Numbered from the stretch's first letter, positions 26,694-36,897 are shown. The stretch: 64,000 nucleotides of DNA from Bacteroidales bacterium (GCA_017469625.1 JAFUGA010000027.1:7628-71627); one strand, 5' to 3'. Notes: a model not told the origin generated them from the letters alone. Numbers and translations: made by a program.

Positions 26694-27898
26694 ATGAGAA
26701 AAATACTTATAATATCTTTACCATTTAATAATAACTATGGTTACCTATTACAAAACTATGCTTTACAGAAGACTGTAAAAGATTTGTTTAAAGAAAAACA
26801 AATAGAAGATGTTCTTGTACAAACGGACTATAGGTGGAATTTGCAGAAAAATAGTCCTTTGAAAAAACTGTTGCTATTCTTTTATAGACTATTCAGATTG
26901 TATGTAAAAAAGGAATATGTTTATAAAAACAACCTATGGAACGATAATATACAGAAGACTTATCTTACCCCTCTTTTGATGGAAAAACAAAGAGTATTTG
27001 TAGATAAGTATCTGAATATGATAAATTTTACAGAAAAATGGGGGGGGGGGTAAAACTTTTCCCTAATAATAAAGATTTTCCTTATGATACCGTCATAGTA
27101 GGTTCAGACCAAGTGTTTAGACCTGCTTATGCAGAAAATATAAGACAATCCTATTTGGATTTTCTACAAGATAAACAAGTTACAAGAGTATCTTACGCTG
27201 CTTCGTTTGGTTGCAGAGATGAAAGAGAATACACCAAAAAAGAGTTAGAATACTGTAGTTTGTTGGCAAAAAAGTTTGATGCTATTTCTGTGAGAGAAAC
27301 CTCTGCTATAGATATTTGCAAACGTTGTTTCTCCATAGATTCTTTGGTTATGCCAGACCCTACTTTTCTTTTGAATAAACAAGATTATGAAAAGTTGATA
27401 GAAGACAAAGAAACCTCAAAATACAAAGGCAAGATAGGTTATTATTTTCTTGAAGACACAAAGCAAAACTTCACTTTGCTACATTCTTTGCAACAAACAA
27501 CAAACTTAGATATAGAAAGAATAGGACAGAAACAAAAACCAACTCCACAAACCAAAGACTATACAGATTGTATCTTTCCTTCCATATCCGAATTTTTTGC
27601 AGGATTTAGAGATAGTGAATATATAATAACAGACTCTTATCACGGAATGATATTCTCTATTATATTCCATAAACAGTTCTTTATTATAGACAAGAAAAAT
27701 GTAAATATAGAAAGAATAAAACATTTGTTGGATATATTTCCATTAAAAGAAAGGTTTATAGATTCTTCTCAGGAGATAGATAAGTTTTACTCTATGCCTA
27801 TAGATTATGAAACTATAGACAAACAAAGAGAGAAAATGAAAAAAGAAGGAAAAGACTTCCTAAACAAATACGTAGTGGAGAAAAATTTATCTAAATAA
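26694..27898 (+). pseudogene. polysaccharide pyruvyl transferase split into two ORFs by a frameshift at a G11 tract (phase-OFF candidate)
   Basis: ORF 26694-27053 (NNNYGYLLQNYALQKTV) and ORF 27038-27898 (VGSDQVFRP...TDSYHGMIFSIIFHKQF) together are collinear with the 407-aa paralog at 12646-13869. The junction is the G11 run. Confidence 0.8.
27040..27050 (+). repeat. homopolymeric G11 tract (slipped-strand phase-variation candidate)
   Basis: Counted directly: the g at 27040 plus ten g at 27041-27050. G12 or G9 would fuse the two ORFs. Confidence 0.9.
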
Positions 27899-27917
27899 GA
27901 TTTATTTTAAAACATAT

Positions 27918-28901
27918 ATGCCAGAAGTAAGTATAATAGTTGCTGTATATAAAGCAGAGGATTATATAAGAAGATGTATTGAGAGTATTTTATCTCAAAC
28001 ATTTAAGGATTTTGAACTTTTGCTTGTAGATGATGGTTCGCCCGATAAAAGTGGTGAAATATGCGAAGAGTATGCACAAAAAGACGATAGAGTAAGAGTT
28101 TTTCATAAACCAAACGGAGGAGTAAGTCATACAAGACAGTATGGTTTGGAAAGGACAAGAGGAAAATATGTTATACACATAGACCCTGATGATTACTCAG
28201 AGCCTACTATGTATGAAAAACTTTATAACAAGGCCATAGAAGAAGATAGCGATATGGTAATATGCGACTTTTTTAACGAAACTATATATGGTAACTTTTA
28301 TATGTTGCAAAGGCCTACTTCATTGTCTGCAAACGATGTTCTGCACGATTTACTCTCAGGAAAAATATGGGGAACGGTTACAAACAAGTTGATAAAGAAA
28401 GAATGCTTTGAAAAATACAACGTTACCTTTCCTAAGGATATAAACCTATGGGAAGATTTGTTTGTATGTTGTAGTCTTTTGAGAAATAATATAAAAGTAT
28501 CTTATATAAACGAGATATTATATCATTATGACAACATTACAAACCAAACATCTATGGTAAGAAAGATTACCCTAAAATCTGTACAAGACCAAGACGCTTT
28601 CATACGCCATTTTTCAGATATTATGACAGAAGAAGAACTGTATTTCAGAAAAGAAAACACACTCCTAAGGGCTTTTGCTGGTAGGGTAATGAGTGCAGAA
28701 GAATTTAGAAACTTTTATCCTGAGATAAACTCTCTTTATATACAAAAACACAAACGAGATTTCAAACATATAGAACCTTTTTTACTTGCTATGCTATTGA
28801 AAGGAACAAACGAGAAACTAATATATACACTGTACGATACAACAACGAGATTGGTGTTCTTATACCGTAAGATAAGAAAAATAATGGGGGGGAGAAAATA
28901 G
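27918..28901 (+). CDS. glycosyltransferase family 2 (paralog group a)
   Basis: 327 aa. VSIIVAVYKAEDYIRRCIESILSQTF, LLLVDDGSPDKSGEICE and IDPDD motifs. Confidence 0.85.
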   Translation: MPEVSIIVAVYKAEDYIRRCIESILSQTFKDFELLLVDDGSPDKSGEICEEYAQKDDRVRVFHKPNGGVSHTRQYGLERTRGKYVIHIDPDDYSEPTMYEKLYNKAIEEDSDMVICDFFNETIYGNFYMLQRPTSLSANDVLHDLLSGKIWGTVTNKLIKKECFEKYNVTFPKDINLWEDLFVCCSLLRNNIKVSYINEILYHYDNITNQTSMVRKITLKSVQDQDAFIRHFSDIMTEEELYFRKENTLLRAFAGRVMSAEEFRNFYPEINSLYIQKHKRDFKHIEPFLLAMLLKGTNEKLIYTLYDTTTRLVFLYRKIRKIMGGRK

Positions 28902-28907
28902 AATATC

Positions 28908-30068
28908 ATGATAGAGATAAAAGATAAAAAAGATTGTTGTGGCTGTGCAGCGTGCGAGTCTATCTGCAAGCAAAACTGTATAACTATGGTTTCAGATACA
29001 GAGGGCTTTCTTTACCCAAAGGTAGATAAAACCATCTGTATAGACTGTAATATGTGCGAAAAGGTTTGTCCTGTTTTGGCAAAAAAGGATAGGAGAGAAC
29101 CACTTCAAACCTTTGCTGCAAAAAATAAAGATATAGAAACAAGACGACAAAGTTCTTCTGGAGGAGTTTTTTCTCTTATAGCCTCACAAGTTATAGAAAA
29201 AGGAGGAAAAGTATATGGTGCAGTGTTTGATGAAAACTTTGATGTGTGTCATTCTTGTATAGAAAAGAAAGATGATTTACATCTTCTTAGAGGTTCAAAA
29301 TATGTTCAGAGTAACACACAAGGAATATTTCCAAAGGTAGAAAAAGACTTAAAGGACGGCAAACTTGTATTGTTTTCTGGCACTCCTTGTCATACAGCAG
29401 GACTTAGAACATTCCTTAGAAAAGATTATGACAACCTTATTCTATTAGATGTTGTTTGCCACGGAGTACCAAGTCCTAAGGTTTGGAGATTGTATTTGGA
29501 CAAGATAAGACAAGGAGAGAAAGTAACAAGTGTTTCTTTCAGAGATAAGGCAAAGGGTTGGAACAATTCAAGTATAACTATTAAGACCACAAAAAGAACT
29601 ATCTCACAAATAATGTATGGAAATACATACGTAAAAGGTTTTCTGAAAAATCTATATCTTCGTCCTGCTTGTCATCATTGTGCTTTCAAAGGGTATAAGT
29701 CTTTGAGTGATATAACCCTTGCAGACTTTTGGGGAGTAGAAAAAGAATATAAGGATTTTGCAGATAGAGATGGCGTTAGCCTTGTTATGATAAACACTTT
29801 GAAAGGCAAAGAGTGTTTGGATTTATCAAAGGTGGATAGTATAGAGACTTCGTTGGATTTTGCTGTAAAAAACAACTCTCCTATTGTTTCTTCTGTCAAA
29901 CCATACGAAACAAGAGAATACTTTTTTGCAAACATAGACAAAAAACCTATAGACAAACTTATAGAAAAAAGTCTTGCTCGTCCATGGGAAGATTTTAAAG
30001 ACAAGATAAAACATTATATAGTTATAGTTTTAAGATTTTTACATATAAAGAAACCCCTATGCCTTTAG
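28908..30068 (+). CDS. FrhB/FdhB-like (coenzyme F420 hydrogenase beta-subunit family) 4Fe-4S protein
   Basis: 386 aa. Two ferredoxin-type cysteine clusters (CCGCAACESIC, CIDCNMCEKVCP) followed by an FrhB-like domain (SSSGGVFS...GTPCHTAGL...VCHGVPSP). This family commonly accompanies pyruvyl transferases in polysaccharide loci. Confidence 0.7.
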   Translation: MIEIKDKKDCCGCAACESICKQNCITMVSDTEGFLYPKVDKTICIDCNMCEKVCPVLAKKDRREPLQTFAAKNKDIETRRQSSSGGVFSLIASQVIEKGGKVYGAVFDENFDVCHSCIEKKDDLHLLRGSKYVQSNTQGIFPKVEKDLKDGKLVLFSGTPCHTAGLRTFLRKDYDNLILLDVVCHGVPSPKVWRLYLDKIRQGEKVTSVSFRDKAKGWNNSSITIKTTKRTISQIMYGNTYVKGFLKNLYLRPACHHCAFKGYKSLSDITLADFWGVEKEYKDFADRDGVSLVMINTLKGKECLDLSKVDSIETSLDFAVKNNSPIVSSVKPYETREYFFANIDKKPIDKLIEKSLARPWEDFKDKIKHYIVIVLRFLHIKKPLCL

Positions 30069-31012
30069 TAAGTGTAATTATTCCTGTTTATAAAGCAGAA
30101 CAGTATATAGAAAAATGTATAGAAAGTTTTTTATCTCAAACTCTGAGAGATTTTGAACTTGTGCTTGTAGATGATGGTTCACCAGATAGAAGTGGAGAAA
30201 TATGTGAAAGTTTCACTGCAGATAAAAGGGTGAAAGTTTTTCATAAACAAAACGAAGGTGTAGCCCTTACGAGAGAATACGGTATGAATAAAGCAATAGG
30301 CGAATATACTATACACGCAGACCCGGACGATTGGGTGGAAAAGACTATGCTTGAAAAACTTTACAATAAAGCAAAGCAAGATGATGCGGATATGGTAATA
30401 TGCGATTTCTACCTTGAAACAAATGGCAAAGTTCTTTATCAACATCAAAAGCCTACAACAAACTCTACTGTGGCTAAGGATATATTACGCTTTAACATAG
30501 AGAGGTCTTTATGTACCAAACTTATAAGGAGAGAATGTTACAGTAGATATGATGTGCATTTTGTAAAGGGCTTCAATCATGGAGAGGACTTTTTGGTTTC
30601 TATGCAACTATGTTGTCACCCAGAACTGAAGATTTCTTATCTACCAGAGGCTTTTTATCATTATGTAAAGATATTCAACGAAAACTCTATAACGAAAAAC
30701 CGTGAAAATTCTTACAACAAAGAGTCTTTTGATTATGATTGCAGATATTTACAAGTGCTTTCAAAATACATAGACGACAAAGAAGAATACGATTATCAAG
30801 AGGCGGTGAATATTTTTAGGGCTTTTAGTTACAAGGTTTTCACTTCCAAAGAGTTCAAAGATAATTTCTACTCCAAAAGAAAGATGTTATATCACCAAAT
30901 GGGTAAAATGAAAGGTGGACTCTTATATCTGTCTTCTTTGGGTTTTAATTGGTTGTCATATCCTTTGTACAAGATTATCTCAAACACGAAAAAGACTATT
31001 CTAAACTCTTAA
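30059..31012 (+). CDS. glycosyltransferase family 2 (paralog group a)
   Basis: 317 aa. VSVIIPVYKAEQYIEKCIESFLSQT, LVLVDDGSPDRSGEICE and ADPDDW motifs. Confidence 0.85.
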   Translation: MPLVSVIIPVYKAEQYIEKCIESFLSQTLRDFELVLVDDGSPDRSGEICESFTADKRVKVFHKQNEGVALTREYGMNKAIGEYTIHADPDDWVEKTMLEKLYNKAKQDDADMVICDFYLETNGKVLYQHQKPTTNSTVAKDILRFNIERSLCTKLIRRECYSRYDVHFVKGFNHGEDFLVSMQLCCHPELKISYLPEAFYHYVKIFNENSITKNRENSYNKESFDYDCRYLQVLSKYIDDKEEYDYQEAVNIFRAFSYKVFTSKEFKDNFYSKRKMLYHQMGKMKGGLLYLSSLGFNWLSYPLYKIISNTKKTILNS

Positions 31013-31077
31013 CCCATAAACACACAATAAAATAAAGAAATTCTTACTCTTTTAACTGAAATATAAAAACTTTATCT

Positions 31078-31085
31078 TAACTTTG
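31078..31085 (+). promoter_or_regulatory. internal -7 promoter box TAACTTTG within the polysaccharide locus
   Basis: TAnnTTTG match in the 219-bp gap, directly abutting repeat array E and 146 nt upstream of the ATG at 31232. Confidence 0.35.
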
Positions 31086-31090
31086 CAGAA

Positions 31091-31195
31091 CTTTATTTCG
31101 TGTTTCTATCTCTTTGTTTTAATTTTCTCTTTCTTTGTTTTAGAAAATTAAAACAAAGCTTTAGAAAAATAGAATAAGGTTTTAGAAAATTGTAA
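31091..31195. repeat. phased 21-bp repeat array, copy E (5 units)
   Basis: CTTTATTTCGTGTTTCTATCT / CTTTGTTTTAATTTTCTCTTT / CTTTGTTTTAGAAAATTAAAA / CAAAGCTTTAGAAAAATAGAA / TAAGGTTTTAGAAAATTGTAA. Confidence 0.85.
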
Positions 31196-31231
31196 CTTTA
31201 TTATATAAATATATAACTGTGTTTTAACTTA

Positions 31232-32170
31232 ATGGCTTTAATAAGTGTAATTGTTCCTATATACAAAGCAGAAGATTATATAAGAAGATGTGTTGAGAGT
31301 ATTTTATCTCAGACGTTTGAGGATTTTGAACTACTGCTTGTAGATGATGGTTCGCCCGATAATAGTGGTGAGATATGCGAGCAGTATACACTAAAAGATA
31401 GTAGAGTAAAAGTTATACACAAACAAAACGGAGGAGTAGCCTCTGCAAGACAAGAGGGACTAAACCATTCCACAGGAACATACACCATACATGCAGACCC
31501 AGACGATTGGGTAGAGAAAACGTGGTTGGAAGATTTGTACTCCAAATCCCAAGAGATAGAAAACGGAGCCGATATTGTAGTTTGCGACTATTATTTTGAT
31601 ACAGAAAAAAAATCTACAATCTTTTCTCAAAAACCAGAGGAAGAAACACCGCAATCTTTCCTTGATGGAATGGTGAGAGATAAACATTTAGGAGCCTTAT
31701 GGAACAAACTTATAAAACGTTCCTGCTATGAGAGATACGGCATCTTTTTTGAAAAAGATTTGAACTATTGTGAAGACTTTCTTGTTTGCGTAAAACTATT
31801 GTTACATAACGATGTAAAACTCCTATATTTAGATAAACCACTCTACCATTACGACCAGATAGTGAATAAACTTGCTTATACAAAGACCTATTCTCAAAAG
31901 ATACATTCGTATGACTGTATGCTTATGGAGATACTAAAACCTATGCTTACCAAACCTCTGTACGATGCTCGTATATATGTTGTGGCTTATAAAGAATTTA
32001 ATTCTAAGATGCTGACTTCAAAAGAGTTCAAAGCCAAATATTTTTCTATGAAAAACATTCTTTGGAAAGAATCTCCTATGAAGTTGAAACTCTTTATGTA
32101 TTTTTCGGCTTGTGGTTTTATGTTCATATTAAGACCTATTTATAGCCTATTTCAGAAAATAAAAAATTAG
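31232..32170 (+). CDS. glycosyltransferase family 2 (paralog group a)
   Basis: 312 aa. ISVIVPIYKAEDYIRRCVESILSQTF, LLLVDDGSPDNSGEICE and ADPDDW motifs. The 5' ~150 nt are about 90% identical to 27918-28901 by eye. Confidence 0.85.
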   Translation: MALISVIVPIYKAEDYIRRCVESILSQTFEDFELLLVDDGSPDNSGEICEQYTLKDSRVKVIHKQNGGVASARQEGLNHSTGTYTIHADPDDWVEKTWLEDLYSKSQEIENGADIVVCDYYFDTEKKSTIFSQKPEEETPQSFLDGMVRDKHLGALWNKLIKRSCYERYGIFFEKDLNYCEDFLVCVKLLLHNDVKLLYLDKPLYHYDQIVNKLAYTKTYSQKIHSYDCMLMEILKPMLTKPLYDARIYVVAYKEFNSKMLTSKEFKAKYFSMKNILWKESPMKLKLFMYFSACGFMFILRPIYSLFQKIKN

Positions 32171-32186
32171 AAAACTATAAGAAGAT

Positions 32187-33218
32187 ATGCTATTGTGGAT
32201 TGCTATATTAGTTATTTTGTATGCTCTAAGTCAGTTTTATAGATACAACCCTTTGATATTCTGGTCCAGTGTCATAATCCTCATACTTTTGGCAGGATTT
32301 AGGGACGTTACTATGGGAGTAGATACCAGAAGTTACAAACAAGGTATGGAATATGTTTCTATGGGAATATCGCCATACAAAGAATACGGGTGGAATAAAC
32401 TGAATTGGTTTATAATAAACCACGGTAAAGATTTTCACATGCTAACACTTTTGGCTTCTATTCTTACTATAGTACCTGTAGCATTAGTTTTCGTACGTTC
32501 AAGTGCTAATCCTCAGTTCTCTTTGTTTGTATATTATGCTATGTTTGCTTATCTTAACTCCTTTAACGGTATGCGTCAGTTTATTGCTATATCGTTTGTT
32601 TTGGTTGCATATATGTTTTTCATAGAGGATAAAAAGATATGGACTTTGATTTTTATCTTTTTGGCATACCAATTTCACCATTCGGCGTGGTACTCTGTCA
32701 TAGTGTTTGCTCTTCCTTATATAAAACTGAACAAGGATTTGTATGTATATTTACTTCTTATAGTTACTTTGGCTTTAGGTTGTGTTTTCAATGCTAATAT
32801 CTTTAAAACCCTATCTTTTGGTTACTCTTCGTACGTGGATTCCTCTAACTTTGGATATAGGGACTCTTTCCTATGGGGATTTATCCTCTCTTTGCTTATG
32901 AATGGTTTGTTTGTGTATATGTACATAAAAACAGAAGCAAGCAGAAGAAATTCATTGATATTCAAAATCTTCTTTCTCTCTATACTTATAAACAATACAA
33001 CTTTTAGACTCGTGCTTGGAGCAAGACTTATACTTTATTTCACTATAATACAAACGTTGTTGTTCCCACGATATTTCAACTATAGATACCAATACACAAG
33101 ATGGATAATTCTGACTTATCTTACTGTTTTGTTCTTGAAAATTCTTAACTCTTCAGGTGGTTTTGTCGGAGGAGTTTATCCATATAAGAGCGTTATTTCA
33201 CAATATATTTATTACTAA
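32187..33218 (+). CDS. EpsG-family / Wzy-like polysaccharide polymerase candidate
   Basis: 343 aa, about 10 TM segments, aromatic-rich. Composition and size fit the EpsG/O-antigen polymerase class. It is the only such protein in the locus. Confidence 0.6.
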   Translation: MLLWIAILVILYALSQFYRYNPLIFWSSVIILILLAGFRDVTMGVDTRSYKQGMEYVSMGISPYKEYGWNKLNWFIINHGKDFHMLTLLASILTIVPVALVFVRSSANPQFSLFVYYAMFAYLNSFNGMRQFIAISFVLVAYMFFIEDKKIWTLIFIFLAYQFHHSAWYSVIVFALPYIKLNKDLYVYLLLIVTLALGCVFNANIFKTLSFGYSSYVDSSNFGYRDSFLWGFILSLLMNGLFVYMYIKTEASRRNSLIFKIFFLSILINNTTFRLVLGARLILYFTIIQTLLFPRYFNYRYQYTRWIILTYLTVLFLKILNSSGGFVGGVYPYKSVISQYIYY

Positions 33219-33221
33219 GAG

Positions 33222-34043
33222 ATGTTGTTTTCCGTTATCATACCTTTATATAATAAAGCTGAATACATAAGACAGACTGTAGAAACTGTGCTTAGACAAA
33301 GTTTTTCGGACTTTGAGATAATTATAGTCAATGATGGTTCTACGGATAATAGTGTTGAGGTTGTAAATTCTATAAAAGATAACCGTATAAACCTTTATTC
33401 CAAAGAGAATGAGGGTGTTTCCATAGCGAGAAATTATGGTATAAGTCTATCAAAAGGTGAGTACATAACTTTTCTTGATGCAGACGATGAGTGGCACGAA
33501 GACTTTTTGAAGAATATGCACGATTTGATACAGCATTATCCTAAAAACGCTTTCTATACTACAGCAACGATTTTGAATAGAGAAGGAAAACATCAGATAA
33601 TAACACATAAGAAACAAAGGGGAGAATGTTTTGAAATAGAGGATTACTGTTGGGATAGGACATTTACAAGAATCAATCTTTGTGCAGTAGGTTCTGTTTG
33701 CATAAAAAAAGATTTGCTTGATAGGGTTGGAGGTTTTCCTGTTGGGGTAAAATATGGTGAGGATTTGGATTTATGGTTGCGTTTGGCTTGCATAACGAAG
33801 TTGGTTTATTCAAACAAACCTTATTTTACTTATAACATAACAACCCTGAACAATACAGCAACAAACTATAGAGATAAGAACTTTGTTTTTCCTTATTGGA
33901 AATGGTACGACTACAAGTATTCAAAAAAACTCAGCCTTTATTTGTTTGCTACAAGACAAATATTGGGAGAAATGAAAGATGCTTTATCTGCCAAAAAGTT
34001 TTCAGACTTTTGGTTTTACTTAAAGAAAATAAGACTGTTCTAA
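33222..34043 (+). CDS. glycosyltransferase family 2
   Basis: 273 aa. FSVIIPLYNKAEYI, IIIVNDGSTDNS and FLDADDEW motifs. Confidence 0.85.
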   Translation: MLFSVIIPLYNKAEYIRQTVETVLRQSFSDFEIIIVNDGSTDNSVEVVNSIKDNRINLYSKENEGVSIARNYGISLSKGEYITFLDADDEWHEDFLKNMHDLIQHYPKNAFYTTATILNREGKHQIITHKKQRGECFEIEDYCWDRTFTRINLCAVGSVCIKKDLLDRVGGFPVGVKYGEDLDLWLRLACITKLVYSNKPYFTYNITTLNNTATNYRDKNFVFPYWKWYDYKYSKKLSLYLFATRQILGEMKDALSAKKFSDFWFYLKKIRLF

Positions 34044-34044
34044 G

Positions 34045-35133
34045 ATGAAGAAAGATGTAAAGAAAATAAGATTTTTTATTCCTTCTTTGGTGAATTCTGC
34101 CGGTATGGAAAGAATATCTACAGGTTTGGCAAATATCTTACAAAGGCAAGGTTATAATTGTGGTTTTGTGGTAAAGGATAGCGATACTACTTCTTTCTTT
34201 CCTCTACATAGTTCTATACAAGTGAAGTCTATACTTTCAGACGGAGATATAAAAAAGGTAAGATACAAGGCTGCAAAAAGATTGCGTCAATACTTAAAGA
34301 GAGAAAAACCTGACGTACTTATAAATGTAGATGTTTCTATGATACAGATTTCAGCCCTTGCTTTTACTCGTTTGTATGGGGTTAAACTTCTGACTTGGGA
34401 ACAGTTTTCTGCTGGTGCTATAAACACATTTGCAAAAAAGATTCAGAGATATTTGGCAGCTTTTATCAGTAAAAAACTCATTGTACTAACAAAGGCAGAC
34501 AAACAGATGTACCCTTTATTTTTGCAAAACAAAGTTGAGATTATAGGAAACTTTACTCAGATAAACCCAGATAATATTCTATCCACCTTAGACAACAAAA
34601 CCGCTCTTTCTGTAGGAAGAATGGCAAAAGAGAAAGGTTTTGATTTGCTTATAAAAGCGTGGAAGAAAGTAAAGGAACAAAATTCCGATTGGCACTTAAG
34701 AATAATAGGGGGAGGAAAACAAGAGTATGTGGATTATTTACAAGGTATTGTAGATAGTTTGTCTTTAAACGATGTTGTGAAAATACTACCTCCTACAAAA
34801 GAGATAGGCAAAGAGTATGCAGAGGCTTCACTCTATGTTTTGCCATCAAGACACGAGCCTTTTGGATTGGTACTTATAGAGGCTAAATCTTTTGGTCTGC
34901 CTACTGTTTCTTTTGATTGTCCATACGGACCAAAGGAAATAATAAACGATAAGATAGACGGTTATCTTGTAGAGAACGAAAACACTGACGATTTGGCAGA
35001 AAAGATAAACAATCTAATATCTGACAAAGACAAAATGCAATCTTTTTCACTCAAAGCCATAGAAGATTACAACAAGAGATGGACAGAAAAATGTGTGGAA
35101 GAGAAATGGTTGAACCTATTAAAAAGATTATAA
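34045..35133 (+). CDS. glycosyltransferase family 4 (GT-B)
   Basis: 362 aa. LPSRHEPFGLVLIEAKSFGLPTVSFD (E-x7-E) motif. Confidence 0.85.
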   Translation: MKKDVKKIRFFIPSLVNSAGMERISTGLANILQRQGYNCGFVVKDSDTTSFFPLHSSIQVKSILSDGDIKKVRYKAAKRLRQYLKREKPDVLINVDVSMIQISALAFTRLYGVKLLTWEQFSAGAINTFAKKIQRYLAAFISKKLIVLTKADKQMYPLFLQNKVEIIGNFTQINPDNILSTLDNKTALSVGRMAKEKGFDLLIKAWKKVKEQNSDWHLRIIGGGKQEYVDYLQGIVDSLSLNDVVKILPPTKEIGKEYAEASLYVLPSRHEPFGLVLIEAKSFGLPTVSFDCPYGPKEIINDKIDGYLVENENTDDLAEKINNLISDKDKMQSFSLKAIEDYNKRWTEKCVEEKWLNLLKRL

Positions 35134-35139
35134 TATACT

Positions 35140-35892
35140 ATGCAAGATTTGATTTCTGTTATAACACCTTGTTACAATGCAGAGAAATATATCTTTGATA
35201 CAATAACGTTGGTTATGCAACAGTCTTACACCCATTGGGAGTTATTGGTAATAGACGACTGTTCTACCGATAGTTCAGCAGAGATTATCAAAGATTTGGC
35301 AAAACAAGACGATAGAATAAAGTACTATAAAACTTCTTCACCATCTGGTTCTCCATCTTTACCAAGAAATATAGGCATAGAAAATGCACAAGGCAAGTAT
35401 ATAGCCTTTTTAGATGCAGACGACAATTGGAAGAAAGATAAGTTGGAAAAACAATACAAGTATATAAAAGAATACAATGTAGATTTTGTATATTCAAACT
35501 ATGAAAAAATAGATTCTAAAGGAAACAAGAATGACCGCATAGTAAAAGTTAGAAAAACAACTTCATATAAGGATATGCTGAAAATAAACTCTATACCTTG
35601 TCTTACAAGTATGCTAAGTAGGGAGTTAATAGGGGATAAACGTTTTAAACCTATTCTGAACGAAGATTTTGAGTTTTGGCTTCAGATATTAAAACAAGGG
35701 GTAACGGCATACAACATAAACGAAGTTACTGCTTATTATAGAGAGGCAGAAAACTCACGTTCCAGCAACAAAACAAAAGTTATAAAAAGCAGATGGAATA
35801 TTCTGAGAGAAAATGAAAAGATAGGATTTCTTCCTGCTTTGTATTATATAGGATATTATGCAGTAAAGGCAACACTAAAATATATAAAATAG
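35140..35892 (+). CDS. glycosyltransferase family 2
   Basis: 250 aa. ISVITPCYNAEKYI, LLVIDDCSTDSS and FLDADDNW motifs. Confidence 0.85.
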   Translation: MQDLISVITPCYNAEKYIFDTITLVMQQSYTHWELLVIDDCSTDSSAEIIKDLAKQDDRIKYYKTSSPSGSPSLPRNIGIENAQGKYIAFLDADDNWKKDKLEKQYKYIKEYNVDFVYSNYEKIDSKGNKNDRIVKVRKTTSYKDMLKINSIPCLTSMLSRELIGDKRFKPILNEDFEFWLQILKQGVTAYNINEVTAYYREAENSRSSNKTKVIKSRWNILRENEKIGFLPALYYIGYYAVKATLKYIK

Positions 35893-35895
35893 ATT

Positions 35896-36891
35896 ATGAA
35901 CATAACATTGATAGGAGCAAGTGGTTTTGTAGGTACCAGATTGTTGGATTTGTTAAACCAAGATAAAGAAAAATACACCTTAAAAAATATAGATATAGCA
36001 CAGAGTCATTTCTTTCCAACTCTTACACAAAAAGGCGATGTGAGAAAACAAGAAGATATGGATACAGGTCTAAAAAACACAGACTTAGTTATTCTACTTG
36101 CAGCACAGCATAGAGATGATGTTACACCTATATCTCTTTATTACGATACCAATGTAGAGGGTATGAAAGTAACCCTAAATGCTATGGAAAAGAATAATGT
36201 AAAACGTCTTATATTCTTTTCTTCTGTAGCAGTCTATGGCTTAAATAAAGATAACCCAAACGAGAATTTTTCTCCCGACCCTTTCAACCATTACGGTAAA
36301 AGCAAATGGCAGGCTGAACAAGTTTTGCAAGAATGGTATAAAACACATAAAGATTGGAATATAAACATAATACGTCCTACTGTTATCTTTGGAGAAAGAA
36401 ACAGAGGTAATGTTTATAATCTTTTAAATCAAATATCCTCTGGTAAGTTTTTAATGGTAGGAAATGGAAACAACAAAAAATCTATGGCATACGTAGGTAA
36501 CGTTGTAGGTTTTGTAAAATATATGACTGACAATGTAAAAGAGGATTATAACGTGTTTAACTATATAGACAAACCAGACTGTAATATGAACGATTTGGTA
36601 GCACACGTGAGCAAGGTTCTTAATAAACATATACCTACAATACATTTTCCTTATTGGTTAGGAATGTTGGGAGGTTATTGTTTTGATATTATGGCCAAGA
36701 TAACAGGAAAGAAGTTTGCCGTTTCATCTGTTAGGGTTAAAAAGTTTTGTTCCACAACAGAGTATGACTCTTCTAAGGCTATGGCTACAGGTTTCCTTCC
36801 TCCATATACATTAAAAGAGGGTATAGCACGTACATTGGAATTTGAGTTTGTACATCCTAAACCAGACGATATTCAATTTGTATCTGAATAA
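35896..36891 (+). CDS. NAD-dependent sugar epimerase/dehydratase (extended SDR)
   Basis: 331 aa. LIGASGFVGTRL Rossmann motif and catalytic YGKSK. Confidence 0.8.
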   Translation: MNITLIGASGFVGTRLLDLLNQDKEKYTLKNIDIAQSHFFPTLTQKGDVRKQEDMDTGLKNTDLVILLAAQHRDDVTPISLYYDTNVEGMKVTLNAMEKNNVKRLIFFSSVAVYGLNKDNPNENFSPDPFNHYGKSKWQAEQVLQEWYKTHKDWNINIIRPTVIFGERNRGNVYNLLNQISSGKFLMVGNGNNKKSMAYVGNVVGFVKYMTDNVKEDYNVFNYIDKPDCNMNDLVAHVSKVLNKHIPTIHFPYWLGMLGGYCFDIMAKITGKKFAVSSVRVKKFCSTTEYDSSKAMATGFLPPYTLKEGIARTLEFEFVHPKPDDIQFVSE

Positions 36892-36897
36892 TAAAGA

